Below, in pieces: positions 57,603-64,000 of a DNA stretch of 64,000 nt. Within the stretch, counting starts at the first letter, position 1; each line of letters starts with the position of its first letter. This DNA is from the human T2T-CHM13v2.0 reference genome, Homo sapiens. The DNA lies in assembly GCF_009914755.1 (NCBI RefSeq), contig NC_060941.1; one strand, written 5' to 3'. The translations under genes were made by a program, and so were the position numbers. Under the pieces are notes generated by a model that ran no database searches, was not told the origin of the DNA, and worked only from the letters and a program-made list of their open reading frames with translations.

Positions 57603-59554
57603 CCCTTGGGGAAGATTCTTAACTGCTCTGGCCTTGGGTGGCCTCTTTTGTGAAATAGAGTTGATCTCTTTTTCATAAGGCAGTCCTGGGGTTTACCAGT
57701 GATGGGGCATGTTAAATGCCTGGCAAAGGGTTAGAACCCAGCTAACAGTAAGGTTGCCTGGCCCCTTGACAGAATTCTAGAATTCCACAACCTATTCGTC
57801 AATCCACCTCTCCCCCAATAGAACACATGAGACCATACAGTGGAGCCCAGTCCAGGACACTGAGGCTAGGCTCAGCAGTGCCTTCCAAATGCCCTGACTG
57901 GGGGTACCCCAGAATCCTCTGGAGTCTGAAGATGGGGTAACAATTTGGAGGTCTCTGTGATAACTCTCTGTGATAACCAAGTTATCTGCAAAATCCCTTT
58001 TTCCTCCAGGAGTGCTCTGAGGGGCAGTTCTTGCTCTCAGGAAGCCTCCTAAGGGATGAAGCCACACGGAGTGGCGAACTTTTCAGGTGGACCCGAATTC
58101 TTGGAAGCCCAGAGAAAACAAATGAAGGTGTTCATTTTCAGAACATATAGCTGTGCCCAGAGGCCCGCGTGCTTGCGGCTCCCCTTAGAGGCATCTACAT
58201 TGGCCATGCCCATCACCACTGGCCCCCACCCCCGATATCTCACACTGCCCAGAGCCACCGAAGTCCCAGACTAGCCCTTTCCTGGCACATGATGCTTGGG
58301 CTTCCTAAAATGCCCCTCTTCGTGCCACTTTGCCTGAAAGCTCTTCATCCTTCAGAGCCAGCCAGGAAGTCACTTGCTCCTGACACTTGTCCATAATTCC
58401 CAGCTCCCATGCACTCGGCTCATCAGCTCCCACCAGGATTTCCCTCACTTGCCATTTAGGCTGGCTGTGGTCTGATGGCCTCTCCACAGTCCAGGAGCAA
58501 CTTGAAGGCAAGAATGGCATCCCACCCCTCTTTGTACCCTCCTGTTTGCCAAGTGATATAGGGGCTGAATAAGGTTGAAGTTGTTGGGAATAAAAAGAAC
58601 GAAATCCAGAGTATTCCCCGATTTTAAGAAAAAATGGGTTTTGTGTTTGTGACAGAAAGAAAAATGGCACGGGGGGGTCACAAAGACCAGCGCTCTAGCC
58701 AGAACTGCCCCATGGTTGTCATGTGACCTTGGACAAGTCACTTATTTTCCAGTGTCTTAGAGATGCCTTATCTGTAAAATGGAGACACTCATTCCTATCG
58801 TGTCTAACTTGCCAGGCTGTGGTGAGGTCACATGGCTCTGTGCGTAAAAGGTACACAGTGCAAACGTGCTGGAATGTCAGGGATGCTATTAAGGAAGCAA
58901 TAAGAAGAAAGGGTCACTGGGTGTGTGGCGAAGGAGAAGTGGAAAGGGCGCCAAGATTTTAGGCCTCAGTGACTGGTATGGAGGGTTCTCTGGGTCCTCT
59001 CAGTCCCTGTTTATGGAGGGCTGGGGGCTTGGGTCTAGAGAATTTCTCTCTGAGAAACTACGCCCCCGGGGGAATCGGCCCCCCCAGCCCTGCGCCAGAA
59101 TCCCCTGCAGCAAGTTTCGGAGCAAGGCCTCCTCCATGCTTCCCTCCCAGTCTTGCCCAGCGCCCACTGATGAGGAAGGGCCTCTGCGGGTGAGACCTGC
59201 TTCCCTCTCGGATAGCCAGGGCTGATGATTTCAACTCATTAATCATTCCGAACTCTTCCCAACAAACAGCCTCATGGCTGTCCCGGACCTCCTCTGTCCC
59301 GGCTCAGGAAATGATCTCGGTCGGAAGTGAAAAGACCAAATCGGCCCCAGGAGGCCATTTTCTTCGACAGAAGCTGAGGCGTGGGGGCGTGGCCTTCCCC
59401 CGCTTCCCCCTCCACTCCCCCGCCCGCCCCCGGCCCCGGCTTTCCGATCTCGGCCCAGGGAAGAGCCTTGGTCGCGAATCACCAGTTTGCATTTGCCCCT
59501 GGGGCGGGGGCGGCTTTCTGAGACCAGGCTGGGGCTGGGACTCCGCCACCTTCA

Positions 59555-59655
59555 GCTAAGGGTACCGAGGTCAGTCCGGGAGTCGCGTCACCGGGACTCG
59601 AACCCGCCTCTTCGTCTTCCGAGGCCTAGTGCGAGCCTGCGGCGCTAAACGCAGT
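59555..59655 (-). mobile_element. MIR-like tRNA-derived SINE head with intact B box
   Basis: B box GGTTCGAGTCC (59604-59594) and A-box-like TAGCGCCGCAGG (59647-59636). Confidence 0.55.
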
Positions 59656-60079
59656 CACACTGTCCCTTTAAGGCGGCACTTTTTATTCTTCATTTGTTTA
59701 CTTCTTCATGCGCTCTTCGGTCTTTACAAAATGTGCTCGCGATATCCTTCCGCAAGTGTCAGTCTCAGGCACTCACCACCCGCCTTGAAGCCATTTCTAT
59801 AATCTTAAGACTCGCGAGTTAGCAGCCGTGGGCCGACGTCTCTCTTTATAGGATTTAATTCTTTTACATTTTAGGGACTACTTTTTAGGAATAAACCATT
59901 CTTGCGTTAGTTAATAAAGGTTCATAACCTTCGGAACCCCTCCGCTGAGAACAAAATACGATAATAGCCTTTATAACGCACCTTTTCATAAAAATATTCT
60001 GTGAGGACTCTCATAGGCCATCGAATCTTCTCGTATTCCTGAAACAGAATGGTACGGTCCAGAACCCGCCCCATCTTCT

Positions 60080-60360
60080 CTGCGATTGGCCGTCCTTCCT
60101 CAGCGAGTCGTGTGATTTTTCACCAATGGCCGCTCGCGTTTCTTTAGCGAGGTCTAAGCGATGGAAGGTGGCGGCCAGGGAGACGCCCCCTACGCGTCCT
60201 GGGATTGGCTACGTCGCACGGCGCGCGAGGGCGGCGGGCCCGAAAGATAAGAACTACGACTCCCGGCGCCCCGCAAAGGGAACTCCGTTACGCATGCGCA
60301 CGGGCGGGGCGAAAAAGCTTCTATATAAAAGGGGCGCAGAGGACTGGGAGACAGCAGTTG
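60080..60360 (+). promoter_or_regulatory. HEXIM1 core promoter
   Basis: CCAAT/ATTGG at 60085, 60123, 60204; ZNF143-type ACTACGACTCCCGGC at 60253; NRF1-type CGCATGCGCA at 60291; GC box at 60302; TATAAAA at 60324-60330. Confidence 0.85.
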
Positions 60361-60506
60361 GAAGTTGGCAGGTGGAGAGGCAGGTTGGGAGGGAAAGTCG
60401 GGGGAGGACGCGGAAGAGGAGCTGTGGGAAGGGGGAGGAGGGAGGGAGGAAAAGAGGAGGAGGCGGAGGAGAACTGAGCAGAGCAGAGCATCGAGCCAAA
60501 GGGGAG

Positions 60507-60530
60507 ATGAGTTTGTCTGTCCTCTGCTGA
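60507..60530 (+). other. uORF MSLSVLC* in the HEXIM1 5'UTR
   Basis: Only ATG I find between the TATA box and the main ATG. Confidence 0.6.
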
Positions 60531-61068
60531 GGCTACGGCCGGGCCTAGGGAACTGGGAGCTTGGGTGGAAGCGACACCCGTGGAAGTGGGAGGAGGTGGC
60601 GCCGGGACTTTAACCCCTTGTGGGCTCTGCGGCAGGGGATTTAACCCTTTGTGGATCTGGCCCCTCGGAGGCAGCGTCATCGGTAGTTTTAACCCCTTCG
60701 GGGCTGGGTTTCACGCACTGGACTTACCCTCATCACCTTGCTCACCAACTCCTTTATTGGGGTGCTCCGCTTGGAGGTTTGAGGCCCACCTCCGCCCATT
60801 ACGTACTGTTCCTGCCGCTGCACCCCCTTGGACCCGCTAGCTGGCCGCACTGTGGGCGCTTAACCCTTTACTGACTTGAGCTCCCCAGATTGCAGTTGGA
60901 GTTTGCTGATAGAAGGACTAGCTAAAGGCGTCACTGCAGGAATTACAAACTGAAGAGGACTCTGTTGGACTGTTTTTTTTTTCTTTTTTTTTTTTTTAAG
61001 AAAAACCCATTTTTTTCCTTAAGGACTTACTAGCCAAAATTTCTTAAACTTCGAGGACTCTACTAGCC

Positions 61069-62148
61069 ATGGCCGAGCCATTCTTGTCAGAATATCAACA
61101 CCAGCCTCAAACTAGCAACTGTACAGGTGCTGCTGCTGTCCAGGAAGAGCTGAACCCTGAGCGCCCCCCAGGCGCGGAGGAGCGGGTGCCCGAGGAGGAC
61201 AGTAGGTGGCAATCGAGAGCGTTCCCCCAGTTGGGTGGCCGTCCGGGGCCGGAGGGGGAAGGGAGCCTGGAATCCCAACCACCTCCCTTGCAGACCCAGG
61301 CCTGTCCAGAATCTAGCTGCCTGAGAGAGGGCGAGAAGGGCCAGAATGGGGACGACTCGTCCGCTGGCGGCGACTTCCCGCCGCCGGCAGAAGTGGAGCC
61401 GACGCCCGAGGCCGAGCTGCTCGCCCAGCCTTGTCATGACTCCGAGGCCAGTAAGTTGGGGGCTCCTGCCGCAGGGGGCGAAGAGGAGTGGGGACAGCAG
61501 CAGAGACAGCTGGGGAAGAAAAAACATAGGAGACGCCCGTCCAAGAAGAAGCGGCATTGGAAACCGTACTACAAGCTGACCTGGGAAGAGAAGAAAAAGT
61601 TCGACGAGAAACAGAGCCTTCGAGCTTCAAGGATCCGAGCCGAGATGTTCGCCAAGGGCCAGCCGGTCGCGCCCTATAACACCACGCAGTTCCTCATGGA
61701 TGATCACGACCAGGAGGAGCCGGACCTCAAAACCGGCCTGTACTCCAAGCGGGCCGCCGCCAAATCCGACGACACCAGCGATGACGACTTCATGGAAGAA
61801 GGGGGTGAGGAGGATGGGGGCAGCGATGGGATGGGAGGGGACGGCAGCGAGTTTCTGCAGCGGGACTTCTCGGAGACGTACGAGCGGTACCACACGGAGA
61901 GCCTGCAGAACATGAGCAAGCAGGAGCTCATCAAGGAGTACCTGGAACTGGAGAAGTGCCTCTCGCGCATGGAGGACGAGAACAACCGGCTGCGGCTGGA
62001 GAGCAAGCGGCTGGGTGGCGACGACGCGCGTGTGCGGGAGCTGGAGCTGGAGCTGGACCGGCTGCGCGCCGAGAACCTCCAGCTGCTGACCGAGAACGAA
62101 CTGCACCGGCAGCAGGAGCGAGCGCCGCTTTCCAAGTTTGGAGACTAG
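61069..62148 (+). CDS. HEXIM1: HEXIM1, 7SK-dependent P-TEFb inhibitor (359 aa, intronless CDS)
   Basis: gccATGG Kozak; basic KKKHRRRPSKKKRHWK region, PYNT motif, acidic region, C-terminal coiled coil. Confidence 0.99.
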   Translation: MAEPFLSEYQHQPQTSNCTGAAAVQEELNPERPPGAEERVPEEDSRWQSRAFPQLGGRPGPEGEGSLESQPPPLQTQACPESSCLREGEKGQNGDDSSAGGDFPPPAEVEPTPEAELLAQPCHDSEASKLGAPAAGGEEEWGQQQRQLGKKKHRRRPSKKKRHWKPYYKLTWEEKKKFDEKQSLRASRIRAEMFAKGQPVAPYNTTQFLMDDHDQEEPDLKTGLYSKRAAAKSDDTSDDDFMEEGGEEDGGSDGMGGDGSEFLQRDFSETYERYHTESLQNMSKQELIKEYLELEKCLSRMEDENNRLRLESKRLGGDDARVRELELELDRLRAENLQLLTENELHRQQERAPLSKFGD

Positions 62149-62507
62149 ACTGAAACTTTTTTGGGGGAGGGGGCAAAGGGGACTTTTTACAGTGATGGAA
62201 TGTAACATTATATACATGTGTATATAAGACAGTGGACCTTTTTATGACACATAATCAGAAGAGAAATCCCCCTGGCTTTGGTTGGTTTCGTAAATTTAGC
62301 TATATGTAGCTTGCGTGCTTTCTCCTGTTCTTTTAATTATGTGAAACTGAAGAGTTGCTTTTCTTGTTTTCCTTTTTAGAAGTTTTTTTCCTTAATGTGA
62401 AAGTAATTTGACCAAGTTATAATGCATTTTTGTTTTTAACAAATCCCCTCCTTAAACGGAGCTATAAGGTGGCCAAATCTGAGAACAATTAAATTCATTT
62501 TAGTTAT

Positions 62508-63967
62508 AATAAATTTAATATTTGTAAATGTAACATAGTTTCAGTGTGATTTCTAGAGCTAATTCAAAATAGTATTGATATATTTTATGTGACTGCATTT
62601 TTGGGGAGGGGTACCGAAATCGTTAAATTTGTCAGTTTGCAAAAATATCAATCTTTAATGGGAGAATTTTCAATTTGCCAATTTTTTCCTTGAATGGGTT
62701 TAAGTATGCTACAATATACAGTTCAGGCAAAATTTAAGATGTAATTATCTTCAATACTTAAGTGTGCTTGCTTTCTAGTGCCTTGGTTTTCTTTCTTGAT
62801 GCTGGAAAAATAAACAAACCGGTATTGAGTGTTTAGGCGAGTGGAAAGTGGCTACAATCCAAAATTTTAAATTTAACTCTGCCTCGGCCATTCAAAAGTC
62901 TAATAACAAAAAATGTAAACCTAATTTGGCAGTTTGTTAGGTTAGACAACTGACAGCCTCATTTCATTCCTACAAGTTGGTTTTCAGTAATCTCTTCCTT
63001 CCCCCCAGTAAGGCTGGAAGAGGCTCTTGGCAAACTTCTTAGTGCAAGCAATGGTTAGATTAATTTGTGAGGCAGCTCTTTAAGACGTTCAGAGGTAAGA
63101 AATACTGGATTTATAAAGCAAATGGCTGTTTGGGGGATTCCAAGGATTTACCTAATTGTCCAATTCTACGTGCTCTCTATACCAAAACAAAAAAAAAAAG
63201 CTATCCACCTTTCCATGTGGGTCAAACTAAAATTAGAAATGTCCCCTCACTGCAGATCAAATGTAAAGCTTCCAGTTAAGGAGCTAAATGAGGTCCTCAG
63301 CTGAATGAGGAACCCTGTACATCCCCTTGCACAGCCCTATTCTAAATCGCTTAAACTATGCTGATAGCTGCTTAGGTTCTTGAGTAGTTCTGCTCTTAAA
63401 CGTAGGGAGGCCCTGAGAACTAAATTTTGCCCCAAAATAAAAACAGAAATTATGAGATTGCCTCCTGTCATTTTGGTTAACCCAGTCCTTCACCTGCCCT
63501 GTGTCAGTGTCTTCTGAGGGCAATTGCGTTGCTCAAATCACTAGCACAGAGGTTCCTTAATTTGGGGCCTTAGAAACCATTGTGGGCCTTGGGGTCCATG
63601 AACCCCATGAAATTATTTGTAGACTTGTATGTACATTTTTCTGGGGAGAAGGTTCAAGAGATTCATAAGATTGTCAAACTCCTTGAAGGTTCAGAACCTC
63701 TGCAGGGAAGGGGGAAGAAAACCCTCCCATTAGGAAGCATGCTTTTGCAGTTAAATGGCGATGGTGGAGGTGATAGGGACTTCAAGAGTAAAATGCACCT
63801 TGTATTGCATAAGAAGCATACACAAATCAATAAATCAAGGGAGATTATACCAGTAGGACTGAATCAGGGCCTTCAAAGCTGGACTGAGTTGGTCCTGTTC
63901 TGGCACATATGGTCCACTGGAGACAATGTATGATTGAGTTTTTCTTTGGTCTAAAAATTATATTAAA
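62508..63967 (+). terminator. HEXIM1 alternative polyadenylation signals
   Basis: AATAAA at 62508, 62809, 63436, 63829; ATTAAA at 63962 followed by U/GU-rich sequence. Confidence 0.6.
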
Positions 63968-64000
63968 CATTTATTTTGAAATAGTTTTCTTCGTGTTTTT

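Noticed and set aside
59590-59655. Possible tRNA gene
   Set aside because: A and B boxes are present, but I cannot build acceptor and anticodon stems; a SINE head fits better.
61087-62217. Long antisense ORFs over HEXIM1 (156, 196, 143 aa)
   Set aside because: Mirror ORFs expected from GC-rich codon bias; no recognisable protein features.

Overview
Human genomic DNA (Alu-dense, GC-rich) that I recognise as the 17q21.31 cluster NMT1 > < PLCD3 | ACBD4 > HEXIM1 >. The window holds coding exons 4-12 and the 3'UTR of NMT1 (+), all 15 coding exons of PLCD3 (-, 789 aa), the tailed mirtron MIR6784, all of ACBD4 (+, 305-aa tail-anchored form) and intronless HEXIM1 (+, 359 aa). Exons were traced by hand: PLCD3 and ACBD4 sum to 2370 and 918 nt in one open frame, and the NMT1 exons stay in phase to the stop. 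I see no convincing wholly new system. Notable features: an AT-AC minor-spliceosome intron in PLCD3 with a repeat carrying extra U12-donor-like cores; a GC-AG intron in NMT1; a dual-frame 3' half plus an Alu-derived exon in ACBD4; divergent CTCF motifs around the PLCD3/ACBD4 promoters; an intact AluYa5; locally amplified Alus; an orphan CpG-island promoter; a tRNA-like A/B-box Pol III unit upstream of HEXIM1; and repeated motifs in the HEXIM1 5'UTR. Most ORFs in the track are Alu or GC artefacts.
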